The notes beneath the pieces are model-generated. The model was given only the letters and a program-made list of their open reading frames with translations. It did no database searches and had not been told where the DNA came from. From contig CAZSXT010000003.1 in assembly GCA_964611435.1 (NCBI GenBank), positions 102,100 through 166,099 on the forward strand: DNA of 64,000 nucleotides. The letters run 5' to 3'. The first letter of the stretch is position 1, and every line of letters begins with the position of its first letter. Positions 29,900 to 39,134 of this stretch are shown here, one piece after another. Source of the DNA: an uncultured Rhodospirillaceae bacterium (GTDB lineage Bacteria; Pseudomonadota; Alphaproteobacteria; Rhodospirillales; UBA2165). Both the position numbers and the translations under genes were made by a program.

Positions 29900-30982
29900 T
29901 TATGCGACGTTGGTTTCGAAACCGCTTTCCGCGCCTAGGACCTTCCAGGGTTCCTTCAGGTTTTCCTGCCACAGAAGCGATTCCATATAGATCATCAGCG
30001 GCTGATCTTGCACCGTCAGCTCATAGACCGTGTCGTCATAGGAGGCATGGTTGTGCACCCCCCAGCCCGGCGCAGAGAGCATCAGATCGCCGGCTTTCCA
30101 TTCGTAGCGTTTACCCTCGACCACCGAGAACCCGCTGCCAGCAAAGTAGTAATTGATGGCCGCCGACGTATGCCGATGCGGCCGGTCGACAATGCCGCCG
30201 GGGCGAATGGTGATCGTGGCAAAGAACGCCGGCGTGATGCCGTTATGCCGGCCGGTCGCCGGGTTCCACATCATATATAGCCGGCGGCCGCGATAGTTCT
30301 TGTCCAGCGAGCCCAATCGGTCCAGTTCCGCCTTCAACCCGTCCCAGTCCCAATGCATAGCCTTGGATTCCACCGGCTCCGGATTGATCAGGACTTCATA
30401 GGGCATCAGCATCGCGCCGTCGTCGCCGAGGGGCACAATTCTACCCGCCTCGCCGGTGGCTTTCTTCTCTTCTTTCTTTTCCACGACCTTCAGGGGCGTG
30501 TCCTGCGGATCATCCTCGATCACGTGGATATTGAGTTTCTCCAGCATGGGCGCGTTGGAATAACACAGCCGCGCATGGACCTTGTCAGACTCATTTTTGT
30601 GCCGATAGGTCATCATCGACGGGAAGTTGAACGTATCGTACTGGGTATAATCGAAGCGCTTGCCGCCGATGATTGTCGAACCCGCGCCCTCGATACAGAA
30701 ATTGATCTGGGTGGAATTGTGCCGGATCGGCGTGGTTTCCTCGCCTGGCAACAGCACCTCCAGACCCACTTGCACGCCGGGGTTCAGGCATGGGCCGGGC
30801 CCCAGTTCCTGCCAGCGGGGATGAACGATCAAAGATTGCCGCCTGCCGTTCGCTGGGCGGTCGATGCTCGCCAGCCGTTCGATCTCGGCGTCGATCTCTT
30901 CCTTGGTGATCTTGATCGGCTCCCACAGGTCCAGCTTTTCCGGTGGAGTCCAGCCGCTACGATCCATGAAATAACTACTCAT
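29900..30982 (-). CDS. bicupin, gentisate 1,2-dioxygenase-like
   Basis: 360 aa. C-terminal cupin RPHRHTSAAINYYFAGSG...GWGVHNH; N-terminal cupin degenerate (IRHNSTQINFCIEGAG). Confidence 0.7.
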   Translation of the reverse strand: MSSYFMDRSGWTPPEKLDLWEPIKITKEEIDAEIERLASIDRPANGRRQSLIVHPRWQELGPGPCLNPGVQVGLEVLLPGEETTPIRHNSTQINFCIEGAGSTIIGGKRFDYTQYDTFNFPSMMTYRHKNESDKVHARLCYSNAPMLEKLNIHVIEDDPQDTPLKVVEKKEEKKATGEAGRIVPLGDDGAMLMPYEVLINPEPVESKAMHWDWDGLKAELDRLGSLDKNYRGRRLYMMWNPATGRHNGITPAFFATITIRPGGIVDRPHRHTSAAINYYFAGSGFSVVEGKRYEWKAGDLMLSAPGWGVHNHASYDDTVYELTVQDQPLMIYMESLLWQENLKEPWKVLGAESGFETNVA

Positions 30983-30995
30983 CCCAAACCTCCTA

Positions 30996-31997
30996 TCATT
31001 CGGCTGCCTGAAGCGGCAGCGGTTTCCTGTTTCTTACCGGGAGTTTATGCCCGGCGTCCGATTTTGAACAGATATTCAATACCCGATTGGCGACGGCCAG
31101 ATCGGACAAGCCCATCCCCACCGCCTTGAACAACGTCAGATCGGCGTTGGCGGTGCGCACCGCTTCGTCGCCGATGCGCGCGGACAGGGGCTGCACCCGG
31201 TCCCAATTCCCTGGCCCTTCGCCGAAGTAGTCGATGAATTCCCGGGACATGGCCTGCACGCCGGCAACCGAGTCCACGGCGATATCGGTGCACCGGGGAA
31301 ACAGATCGTCGCCGAACTCCACCCGCTTCGGCACAATCGCGCCGACCGCGTTGATGTGCGCGCCCGGCATAGCGTGACGGGAAAAGAAAAACGGCTCGGT
31401 CGCGTTGGTGCAGAGCGTGATCAGCGCGACGCCATCGACCGCCTCTTCCAGGCTGCCGCAATCCGCGGTCTCAAGTCCGTGTAGCTCCTGCCCGATAAGA
31501 TCACACAGCGCGGCGCGCTTTTCCGGCGTCCGGCTGAACACCCGGACGGTCTTGATCGGGCGCACCGCCGCGCAGGCCGCGACCTGGGGCAGCGCCTGCT
31601 TGCCCGTGCCGATGATCGTCATCTCGGTCACATCCGCCGGGGCCATCCACTTCGTGCCGAGCCCGGTCATGGCCGCCGTCCGCAACTGTCCCAGCGCCGT
31701 CGCTTCGATCACCGCCAAACAGCGCCCGTCCTCCAGGGAATAGACATTCAGCAGCGTCGCCGAATTGCCGTTGATGTTGACCCAATTCTTGACCCCGCAG
31801 ATGCCGGCCGAGTGCCAGGCCCCGCCGATGGCGTGCATGGCATTGTTGTCGCCGACCATCAGATGGGTCTTGGTCATGCTGTCGGCCTGGCCGGCGGCTT
31901 CCGCCCGGAGCGCGTCTTCCAAAGCGGCAATCGCCCCGCCGAGGTCAATCGACGAGGTCACATCCGCTTCGGTGAGCCAGAGGGGCGTATCCTGCAT
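30996..31997 (-). CDS. ornithine cyclodeaminase / mu-crystallin family NAD(P)-dependent enzyme
   Basis: 333 aa. ...LRTAAMTGLGTKWMAP..., IIGTGKQA Rossmann motif, ...INAVGA... are typical OCD-family blocks. Confidence 0.85.
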   Translation of the reverse strand: MQDTPLWLTEADVTSSIDLGGAIAALEDALRAEAAGQADSMTKTHLMVGDNNAMHAIGGAWHSAGICGVKNWVNINGNSATLLNVYSLEDGRCLAVIEATALGQLRTAAMTGLGTKWMAPADVTEMTIIGTGKQALPQVAACAAVRPIKTVRVFSRTPEKRAALCDLIGQELHGLETADCGSLEEAVDGVALITLCTNATEPFFFSRHAMPGAHINAVGAIVPKRVEFGDDLFPRCTDIAVDSVAGVQAMSREFIDYFGEGPGNWDRVQPLSARIGDEAVRTANADLTLFKAVGMGLSDLAVANRVLNICSKSDAGHKLPVRNRKPLPLQAAE

Positions 31998-32033
31998 GAA
32001 ACGTGATCCTGATTGAACTGACGCGCCAAAAAT

Positions 32034-32060
32034 TACTTAGAAATCTTAGCAATCGGGCAA
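32034..32060. promoter_or_regulatory. operator-like site (minus-strand reading GCTAAGATTTCTAAGTAATTTTTGGCG; TTAGA-N2-TCTAA family)
   Basis: Seen in the divergent region between the OCD operon (minus) and the GST gene (plus). On the minus strand it aligns closely with the site at 49841. Confidence 0.45.
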
Positions 32061-32169
32061 ATACGGGTCAACGCGAAGCGCCTCCTGAAACAAGCGTCGA
32101 ACAAAGCGTTGGATCAGCGGGAGCCAATGGTTTTAAATCGGGTCCGAACTTTGCCGGGAGAGCAAGACA

Positions 32170-32811
32170 ATGAAACTCGATTACTATTACGCCCCCCGCA
32201 CCTGCGCCCTGGTCACGTATGTGAACCTGACCGAAGCCGGTGCGGTGTTTACTGTTCATCCCATGAGCTTCGCGGGCCAAGCACGGTTCGAGCCTGAGTA
32301 CCTGAAAATCAACCCCAAGCACAAAGTCCCAGCCCTGGTGATTGATGGCAAGCCACTGACCGAAAACCTGGCCATGAGCGTCTGGATTCATCAAAACTTT
32401 CCGGACGCCAAAATCCTCCCCTCGGACCCGTGGGACTATGCAAAAGCTCTGTCTGTCCATGCATGGTGCGCGTCGGGCATCCACCAACACCTGTCCCGGA
32501 TCAACTCGCCGCAAAAATTCGCCGCCGAGTCCTCGAAGGACGAAGTGATCCGGCTGGCCTCCGACTTTATCCATGAAAACCTGGCCGTCGGCGACGACAT
32601 GCTGGCCGGCCGGGAATATTTCTTTGACCACTATACCGGCGCAGATGCGCACTTTTTCTGGTGCTGCCGGCGCGCCACCCAATTGGGCCCGCAACTGGAC
32701 GACTATCCCAATGTCACCGCGCACTTTAACAGAATGCTGGAACGGGACAGCGTGAAGAAAGTCCTGGCCTTTGAGGCAGAGGTCTTAGAGGAGTTCGCAA
32801 AGGCGTCGTGA
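32170..32811 (+). CDS. glutathione S-transferase family protein
   Basis: 213 aa. N-terminal thioredoxin-like domain (...INPKHKVPALVIDGKPLTENLAM...) and a helical C-terminal domain. Confidence 0.8.
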   Translation: MKLDYYYAPRTCALVTYVNLTEAGAVFTVHPMSFAGQARFEPEYLKINPKHKVPALVIDGKPLTENLAMSVWIHQNFPDAKILPSDPWDYAKALSVHAWCASGIHQHLSRINSPQKFAAESSKDEVIRLASDFIHENLAVGDDMLAGREYFFDHYTGADAHFFWCCRRATQLGPQLDDYPNVTAHFNRMLERDSVKKVLAFEAEVLEEFAKAS

Positions 32812-33842
32812 GCAAACCCCGTAAAAGTATCGGCTTTCTGTCGTTCGGCCATTGGTCGCCGGCGCAGGGCTCCCAAACCCAAAGCGGGGCGGACGCGCTC
32901 TTGCAGTCCATCGATCTCGCCGTGGCGGCGGAGGAATTGGGCGCGGACGGCGCGTTCTACCGGGTGCATCACTTCGCCCGGCAATTGGCGTCGCCCTTCC
33001 CGCTGTTGGCAGCGGCCGGGGCCAAAACCAAGACAATCGAGATCGGTACAGCCGTCATCGACATGCGCTACGAAAACCCCCTGTATATGGCGGAAGATGC
33101 GGGCGCAGCCGACCTGATCGCCGGCGGGCGGCTGCAACTGGGCATCAGCCGAGGCTCTCCGGAACAAGTGCAGGACGGCTGGCGCTACTTCGGTCATCGC
33201 CCGGCGGAGGACGAAACAGACGCCGACATGGCGCGCCGCTACACCGAGGTGTTCCTGGAGATATTAAAAGGCGAAGGCTTTGCCCAACCCGACCCCAATC
33301 CCATGTTCCCCAACCCGCCGGGCCTTCTGCGCCTCGAACCGTATTCCGAAGGCTTGCGGGAGCGCATCTGGTGGGGCTCCGGCTCCACGGCGACGGCCAT
33401 CTGGGCGGCGCAGATGGGGATGAACCTGCAAAGCTCCACCCTCAAGGATGACGAGACAGGGGAGCCGTTCCATATCCAACAGGCTGCGCAAATCCGCGCT
33501 TACAAAGAGGCGTGGAAGGAAGCCGGCCACGAACGCGACCCTCGCACCTCGGTCAGCCGCAGCATCTTTGCCCTGGTCAACGATATGGACCGGATGTATT
33601 TCGGCCAAGACCGGCGGAGCGAAGACCATATCGGCTTTATCGATCCACAGACCCGCTCGATTTTCGGGCGCACCTATGCGGCCGAACCCGATCAATTGGC
33701 CAAGGAGCTGGCGGAAGACGAGGCCATCGCCGAGGCCGACACACTGTTACTCACCGTGCCCAATCAACTCGGCGTGGATTACAACGCGCACGTCCTGGAA
33801 GCGATCCTGACCCACGTCGCCCCGGCGCTTGGGTGGCGGTAG
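32808..33842 (+). CDS. LLM class (luciferase-like) flavin-dependent oxidoreductase
   Basis: 344 aa. ...FLSFGHW..., ...GADGAFYRVHHF..., ...IEIGTAVIDMRYENP..., ...LQLGISRG... The GTG start overlaps the GST stop (GTGA). Confidence 0.85.
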   Translation: MSKPRKSIGFLSFGHWSPAQGSQTQSGADALLQSIDLAVAAEELGADGAFYRVHHFARQLASPFPLLAAAGAKTKTIEIGTAVIDMRYENPLYMAEDAGAADLIAGGRLQLGISRGSPEQVQDGWRYFGHRPAEDETDADMARRYTEVFLEILKGEGFAQPDPNPMFPNPPGLLRLEPYSEGLRERIWWGSGSTATAIWAAQMGMNLQSSTLKDDETGEPFHIQQAAQIRAYKEAWKEAGHERDPRTSVSRSIFALVNDMDRMYFGQDRRSEDHIGFIDPQTRSIFGRTYAAEPDQLAKELAEDEAIAEADTLLLTVPNQLGVDYNAHVLEAILTHVAPALGWR

Positions 33843-34267
33843 TATTTATATCTAGGTGGGTACGCGGATCACGCTCCTTCGGAGCGGTCCGCGCATGACT
33901 AGATTAGGTAATTCAAAAATTATAGTCATCCACGGGCCGGCGCAGCCGTGACCCGTGGCCCCAAGTTTAACCACAGAGCACACAAAGAGCACAGAGAGGC
34001 TTTGTCGGTCTCCCATATCTCTGTGTCCTCTGTGATCTCTGTGGTGAATTATATGTATCCACCCCCACCCGCGCTGCCCGGTTGCCCGGACATCGCACCC
34101 TCCCCCGTAAAGGGGGAGGGCATTTAGCTGTGCCGTTACCGCTAGATTATCTTCCCCCCTTGCGGGGGAAGGTGGCCCGAAGGGCCGGATGGGGGGTAAG
34201 ACCATCCCCCTCGACTCTCCCGAAATAACGCGCGACACTCCGATCAAACATCCATGCGGAGGACCCA
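33843..34267 (+). repeat. mosaic extragenic repeat cluster 2 (modules A-B-C plus an array of G/C-run hairpins)
   Basis: A 33856-33902, B 33919-33958, C 33972-34049 (72/78 identical to 11203-11280 by hand alignment). Hairpins CCCTCCCCC/GGGGGAGGG 34098-34120, CTTCCCCC/GGGGGAAG 34151-34171, GGCCC/GGGCC 34174-34186. Confidence 0.8.
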
Positions 34268-35341
34268 ATGACCAGTAATACCGAACGGGGCAAATACCCC
34301 GAAAATTTCCTGCCCGGCGCCGAGACCCTGGGCGAAGACGAAATGCGGATCACCGCGCTCGGCACCGGCCGGCCGTTCCTGCGCCGCTCTCAGGCCAACG
34401 CTTGCTGGCTGATCGAGCTCGGCAACGGCGACAAATTCATGTTCGATTTCGGCTTCGGCTCCCAAATGAACTTCACGGCGCTGGAAATCCCCTACAACCA
34501 GATCACCGCCTATTTCGCCACCCACCTGCACACCGATCATGTGGGCGACTTTGGTCAAATCTGGGTCGGCAGTTGGGCCGGCGGACGGCTCAAACCATTG
34601 GAGGTCTACGGCCCCTCGGCGGATAAGCCGGAATACGGCTTCGCCCACTTCGCCAAGCACCAGAAAGAATCCTACCGTTGGGATACGGAAAGCCGGGTTC
34701 ACGCCCTGCCCGCCGTCGGCGCAGAGGTAAACTGCCACGAGTTCGACTATTCAAAGGTCGGCACCATCTACGAAGCCAACGGGGTCAAAATTTCGAGCTT
34801 CCCCGCCGTGCATATCATGGACGGGCCGGTGAGCCTGAAACTGGAATGGAATGGACTATCGATGGTCTATTCCGGCGACACCACGCCCAGCGAGTTCATG
34901 ATCGAAAACGCCCAGGGCGTGGACGTGCTGATCCACGAGACGTTCAACACCGTCGAACAGCTCATGACCCGGTCGGGATACGACGAGCGCACCGCCAAGG
35001 CCATCGGCACCATGATCCACTCGGATCCGGCGGAAGCCGCGTTTGTGGTCAACAAATGCGATCCGCGCCTGTTCGTCGCCTTCCACTTTTTCAACGATTT
35101 CGACACGGCGCCGGAAATGTATGCCGCCATCCGGGAGAACTTTAAAGGCCGGGTGGCGCTGGCGACAGACTTCCTGGTCATCAATGTCACCAAGGACGAC
35201 ATTGTCACCCGCAACGCCATCGTCACCGAACACGCCTGGCCCAACAAGTCAGAGCATGATGATTTCGGCAAGGCGGAACGCAAATCCCGGCCCAACATGC
35301 CGGAATGGATTCGCGAAAAGCAGGTATTCCCGAAGTTCTAA
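34268..35341 (+). CDS. MBL-fold metallo-hydrolase
   Basis: 357 aa. HLHTDHVGD (HxHxDH) motif, and later ...YSGDT... and ...LIHETF... metal-ligand blocks. Confidence 0.8.
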   Translation: MTSNTERGKYPENFLPGAETLGEDEMRITALGTGRPFLRRSQANACWLIELGNGDKFMFDFGFGSQMNFTALEIPYNQITAYFATHLHTDHVGDFGQIWVGSWAGGRLKPLEVYGPSADKPEYGFAHFAKHQKESYRWDTESRVHALPAVGAEVNCHEFDYSKVGTIYEANGVKISSFPAVHIMDGPVSLKLEWNGLSMVYSGDTTPSEFMIENAQGVDVLIHETFNTVEQLMTRSGYDERTAKAIGTMIHSDPAEAAFVVNKCDPRLFVAFHFFNDFDTAPEMYAAIRENFKGRVALATDFLVINVTKDDIVTRNAIVTEHAWPNKSEHDDFGKAERKSRPNMPEWIREKQVFPKF

Positions 35342-35347
35342 TTATGT

Positions 35348-35369
35348 CCTCCTCCCTACTGGGAGGAGG
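35348..35369 (+). terminator. perfect 9-bp hairpin after the MBL gene (possible terminator, no U-tract)
   Basis: CCTCCTCCC-tact-GGGAGGAGG begins 7 nt after the stop codon. Confidence 0.4.
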
Positions 35370-35379
35370 CCTGTAAAAC

Positions 35380-35477
35380 GTCATGCGCGGACCTGCGCGG
35401 GAACTCCCCGCGCATGATCCGCGTATCCATGTTCACTTGGCAAAGAGGTCCACGGGTCAAGCCCGTGGATGACGGTC
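35380..35477 (-). repeat. mosaic extragenic repeat cluster 3 (modules A and B in inverted orientation, shortened)
   Basis: 35380-35428 GTCATGCGCGGACC...GATCCGCGTA matches the reverse complement of module A ends. 35448-35477 is the reverse complement of GTCATCCACGGG...CCCGTGG (module B). Confidence 0.65.
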
Positions 35478-35502
35478 ACTTTACTAGACGAGGTGATAGC
35501 GG

Positions 35503-36069
35503 TTAGACGGAAGCCTCGCCCGCGCCCAGGCTGCCGGCCGTCGGCGGGTTCACCTTCACGGACTTTTCATCCATGTTAAAGGCGAGGGTCTCGATCGTCG
35601 CCAGGTCGGTGCCCGTGATGCGAATAAAGCGCGCATTGTCCGGGAAGTGGATCGAGTGGATTTCATGGGCGTCGAACACGCCGGCCATGCCGGGGTCCAG
35701 ACGGTAGGTCTTCACCTTCTCCACATCCGCCTTGCTGGCGTCGGAGCCGTCGTCATTCCGCTTATACTCGGACATATCGGTGAATTCCCGCGCCTGGCCG
35801 TAAATCGCCCAGGACGCGCCGTGATCATGGGGCGGCGAGGTGCGGCCCTTTTCATTGACATGCGCCAGAACCATGAAGCCCCGGTCATCGTCCTGATAGA
35901 GCGTGTGCGCGCCATATTCGACGTGATCACCGCAGGTTTCTTCGATGAATTCCGCGTTGGTCAGCAATTGCTCCAGATGACCCCGGACTTTCTGTAGGTC
36001 CGCATTACCGGTGGCGTCGTCATAGGACGCTTTCACGTCGTCGATCAGATTCTCAAGCGTATAGGCCAT
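35503..36069 (-). CDS. cupin-fold metalloprotein, cysteine-dioxygenase-type-I-like (uncharacterised)
   Basis: 188 aa from ATG 36069 (RBS GAGGAG). ...SPPHDHGASWAIYGQAREFT... and ...HEIHSIH... suggest a His-ligated cupin site. Weak, from memory of the family. Confidence 0.5.
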   Translation of the reverse strand: MAYTLENLIDDVKASYDDATGNADLQKVRGHLEQLLTNAEFIEETCGDHVEYGAHTLYQDDDRGFMVLAHVNEKGRTSPPHDHGASWAIYGQAREFTDMSEYKRNDDGSDASKADVEKVKTYRLDPGMAGVFDAHEIHSIHFPDNARFIRITGTDLATIETLAFNMDEKSVKVNPPTAGSLGAGEASV

Positions 36070-36118
36070 GGTGAAATCTCCTCTCAAAAATGCTGCCCGT
36101 AGCGTACTGCACGGCTGT

Positions 36119-36955
36119 TCAATTGCCAAACTTGAAGATGGGATAGGCTTCGCCGCCCAGCCTGTCCCCGGCCTGGTGCGGGGTCGGCCCATTACCAACA
36201 GCGTCCCGCAACAGCGGCTGGGTTTCGGGACGTGGATCGAAGAACACCTCGCCGCTGATCCAGCGGATGGCGATCCCCCGGCGGCGGACGGTCGCCGTAT
36301 TTTCCGGCGCGCCGTGCACGCCCATCACATGGTGGGCGACGATATCGCCCGGTTCCATATCCCAGTATTTGATGTCGTACTCGTCCCGATGATTGTCGAT
36401 GTCCGGCAGCTTCTCGATATCGTGACCGTCAAACTTGCCGTCGTCGGAGAACGACTCCGGCACATAGGCCTTCCCCCATTTATGAGAGCCGGCGATATAC
36501 TCTACCGCGCCTGAATCGATGCTCACCGGGTCCAACGCAATCCAGGTGGAACAAATGTGATCGGCGGCTTCCCCTGACAGCGGGTAATAGAGCCGGTCCT
36601 GATGCCAGGGGGTCTTGTTGGACCCGCCGGGCTCCTTCGTCAGGATGAAGTCGTAAAAGAGCTGCACCGAGTCCGCGCCCATGAGCTTCGCGACAATTTC
36701 GGCCAGGGGAGAATCAAAGATCAGCTCCCGGAACTCTTCGCGGCGGAGCCACATGTACTGTCCGCCGAAAAACTGCCCTTCCCCCCCGGTGGTCAGGTCC
36801 AGATCATAGGGACCGGGGTTCTGCTGGATCCAATCGGCGGCCGGGCGCAGCTTTTCGACCCAGTCCATGGACAGCGCATTGCGAACGCACACCACGCCGT
36901 CTTTTTCATAGTCGGCGCGGTTTTGGTCAGTAACGGGGAGGTTGTCGGCTGGCAT
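36119..36955 (-). CDS. phytanoyl-CoA dioxygenase (PhyH) family Fe(II)/2OG oxygenase
   Basis: 278 aa. ...YEKDGVVCVRNAL..., WHQD facial-triad motif, ...GDIVAHHVMGVHGAPEN..., ...RRGIAIRW... Confidence 0.85.
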   Translation of the reverse strand: MPADNLPVTDQNRADYEKDGVVCVRNALSMDWVEKLRPAADWIQQNPGPYDLDLTTGGEGQFFGGQYMWLRREEFRELIFDSPLAEIVAKLMGADSVQLFYDFILTKEPGGSNKTPWHQDRLYYPLSGEAADHICSTWIALDPVSIDSGAVEYIAGSHKWGKAYVPESFSDDGKFDGHDIEKLPDIDNHRDEYDIKYWDMEPGDIVAHHVMGVHGAPENTATVRRRGIAIRWISGEVFFDPRPETQPLLRDAVGNGPTPHQAGDRLGGEAYPIFKFGN

Positions 36956-37218
36956 ATTAGGTCCTTCTCTTAGCGGACGTTTTGTTTAGCACAGAGATCA
37001 CGGAGCGCACAGAGGGTGATCTCTCATGCCGTCGTGCGCCTCTGTTTTCGTCATCCCCCATCTCTAATGCGTCGCCCCCACTCCTTTTTCGTCATCCCCG
37101 ACCCGCGAAGCGGTTGTCGGGGATCTATTCAGCACAAACGCGAGATACCCGAGAATTGGTCTCAACTATCGTTGATTCCAACTCGGGCATGACGGAAAGG
37201 GAGCGGAACGAAACACCC
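36956..37218 (+). repeat. mosaic extragenic repeat cluster 4 (degenerate module C, module E hairpin, D-like hairpin)
   Basis: C-like 36988-37057. TTCGTCATCCCC occurs twice (37048, 37088). E hairpin CCCCGAC-CCGC-gaa-GCGG-tt-GTCGGGG 37096-37122. CCCGAG...CTCGGG hairpin 37149-37186. Confidence 0.7.
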
Positions 37219-39000
37219 CTACCTAAACTGGCTTACCGTATCGACCAAAGCGGGGCGGCCGGCTTTGACCTCCTTGATGGCGCGGCGCAGCGCGGCGCCC
37301 ACATCGTCGCCGTTCTCGATCGGGCCTTCCGCCCACCAGCCCATGGACCGGGCGAGACCGGCAAAGTCTACCTCGGGCTTCATGATGTCCATGCCGATAT
37401 AGGCGCGTTCGACCGGGGTGCCGCGATGGCGCGCCATGCGAATTTGGTGTTCCCAGTCATTGTAGTAAGAGCGGTTGTTGTACATCACCACCAGCATGGG
37501 GATTTCGTACTTGGCCGCGACCCAGAGCGCGCCCGGATCAAACATCAGATCGCCATCGGGCTGCATATCCACCACCAAGCGTTTCTTGTCCCGGTGGGCC
37601 AGCGCCACGCCGAGCGCGATGCCGATCTGGGTCGACGTGCCCAGCGCATTGCCGGGGAAGCGGTAAGGCTTATTGAAGTTCCACAGCCGGTTGGTCCAGC
37701 CATTAAGGTTCGACGACGTGGTCACCCAGTCTTCGTCCTTGATCACCTCCCACACTTCGGACGCCAACCGCGCCGTGGTCATCGGCGTCGAGTTCCAGTT
37801 CTGCTTGGCCTTGCGTTCCCAGCTGCGCCGGGCCTTGGCCTGCGCGGCGGCGTATTTCTTGACCCTGGCCGCGCCGCGTTTCTTGGCGGCGGCGGACTTG
37901 TTCAACAGCCGCTTGGCGATTTTAGTCAGTTCAGGAATGGCCACCGCCGTGTCCGCCAGGATGCGGATATCGGCGTCGAGCCGGCGCTGATAATCGGTGG
38001 ACCAGCTGCTGATTTCCAAGTCGGCGAAGCTGATATCGATCCACTTGGCGGATTTGGGCACCAGGCTGGTAACCTGCCGGCTGACGCTGTCGAGCGTGGT
38101 GGACACCTTCTCCCAATCCCGGGCATCCAGGCAGACAACCAGGTCCGCATCCTTCAGCGCCGTCTTGGGGTCCAGAGACATATTAAGATCATGATGGCTG
38201 GGGAAGTTCAGCCGCGCGCCGATGTCGATTACCGGCGCGGACACGGTTTCCGCCAGCTTGACCAGATTGTCATAGCCATGGGGCATGCGGCTCGACCAAT
38301 CGGCCAGCAGCACCGGGTTCTTGGCCTTCACCAGCAGCTCCGCCGCCGCCTGCAATGGCTCGGCATCCGGCGCGATGGGCGTCGGCACCTTGGGCGCGTC
38401 CGGCTTGGGCATCTTCACCTTGTGGGGCAGCGGGTCTTCCAGCAGCGTCGCGTCATAGCACATGTAAATCGGGCCCTGAGGCTCGGTCATCATCACGCTA
38501 TAGGCGCGGGCAAAGGAATCCGGCACATCATCGATGGTCCAGGGCTGATCATCCCACTTGGTGTAATCCCGTAGCACATTGCCCTGCACCTTGGCGGTAT
38601 GAATCCAATCGGTGCGCGGCCGGCGCTTGGCCGTATCCAGAGGGCCCGTCGCGCCGATGATGTAGACTGGCGCCCGGTCGATATAGGCGTAATAGACCGC
38701 CATGCAGGAATGAAGCAGCCCGACCAGATTGTGAACGATGGCGGCCAAGGGCTCTCCGGTCGCCTTGGCGTACCCATGGGCGATCTGAATGGCGATATTC
38801 TCGTGCGGGCACAGCAGCATCTGCGGGTCGTCCTGGCCATAGTTGACCATGGAATCGTGCAGCCCCCGAAAGCTGGAGCCGGGATTGAGCGGCACATACG
38901 GGAAGTCGAAGTCCCGCATGAGATCGACAATGACGTCGGAATTCCACCGGACCTTGGTTGGTTTGACTTTCTTGCGGCGTCGTTTCTGAGGCTGGGCCAC
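37219..39000 (-). CDS. thiamine-diphosphate-dependent enzyme (acetolactate synthase large subunit / benzoylformate decarboxylase-like)
   Basis: 593 aa. N-terminal Pyr domain (...HENIAIQIAHGYAKATGEP...), and a ThDP-binding motif DGD...NN (QPDGDLMFDPGALWVAAKYEIPMLVVMYNN). GTG start with an unusually basic N-terminus. Confidence 0.85.
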   Translation of the reverse strand: MAQPQKRRRKKVKPTKVRWNSDVIVDLMRDFDFPYVPLNPGSSFRGLHDSMVNYGQDDPQMLLCPHENIAIQIAHGYAKATGEPLAAIVHNLVGLLHSCMAVYYAYIDRAPVYIIGATGPLDTAKRRPRTDWIHTAKVQGNVLRDYTKWDDQPWTIDDVPDSFARAYSVMMTEPQGPIYMCYDATLLEDPLPHKVKMPKPDAPKVPTPIAPDAEPLQAAAELLVKAKNPVLLADWSSRMPHGYDNLVKLAETVSAPVIDIGARLNFPSHHDLNMSLDPKTALKDADLVVCLDARDWEKVSTTLDSVSRQVTSLVPKSAKWIDISFADLEISSWSTDYQRRLDADIRILADTAVAIPELTKIAKRLLNKSAAAKKRGAARVKKYAAAQAKARRSWERKAKQNWNSTPMTTARLASEVWEVIKDEDWVTTSSNLNGWTNRLWNFNKPYRFPGNALGTSTQIGIALGVALAHRDKKRLVVDMQPDGDLMFDPGALWVAAKYEIPMLVVMYNNRSYYNDWEHQIRMARHRGTPVERAYIGMDIMKPEVDFAGLARSMGWWAEGPIENGDDVGAALRRAIKEVKAGRPALVDTVSQFR

Positions 39001-39030
39001 CCTGTATCCCCTTTATCATTCCGGAAAATT

Positions 39031-39059
39031 GGTTAGATTTCTTATTAAAATTAGAAACC
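39031..39059. promoter_or_regulatory. operator-like site GGTTAGATTTCTTATTAAAATTAGAAACC (degenerate TTAGA-N2-TCTAA family)
   Basis: Seen in the divergent region between the ThDP enzyme (minus) and the decarboxylase-like gene (plus). The first 12 nt match the site at 49839-49850 in 10 positions. Confidence 0.35.
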
Positions 39060-39134
39060 ATCTGCACAGGCCGGGGCAAGACATTGTTCGCAAACAAATG
39101 TTGCCCCGGCCTGGACCGCCAATTCGGAGGACCC

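Noticed and set aside
29047-30156. 369-aa plus-strand ORF
   Set aside because: It is antisense to the TfdA-like and bicupin genes.
36982-38574. 530-aa ORF on the plus strand
   Set aside because: It starts inside repeat cluster 4 and runs antisense to the ThDP enzyme, which has clear Pyr and PP-domain motifs.
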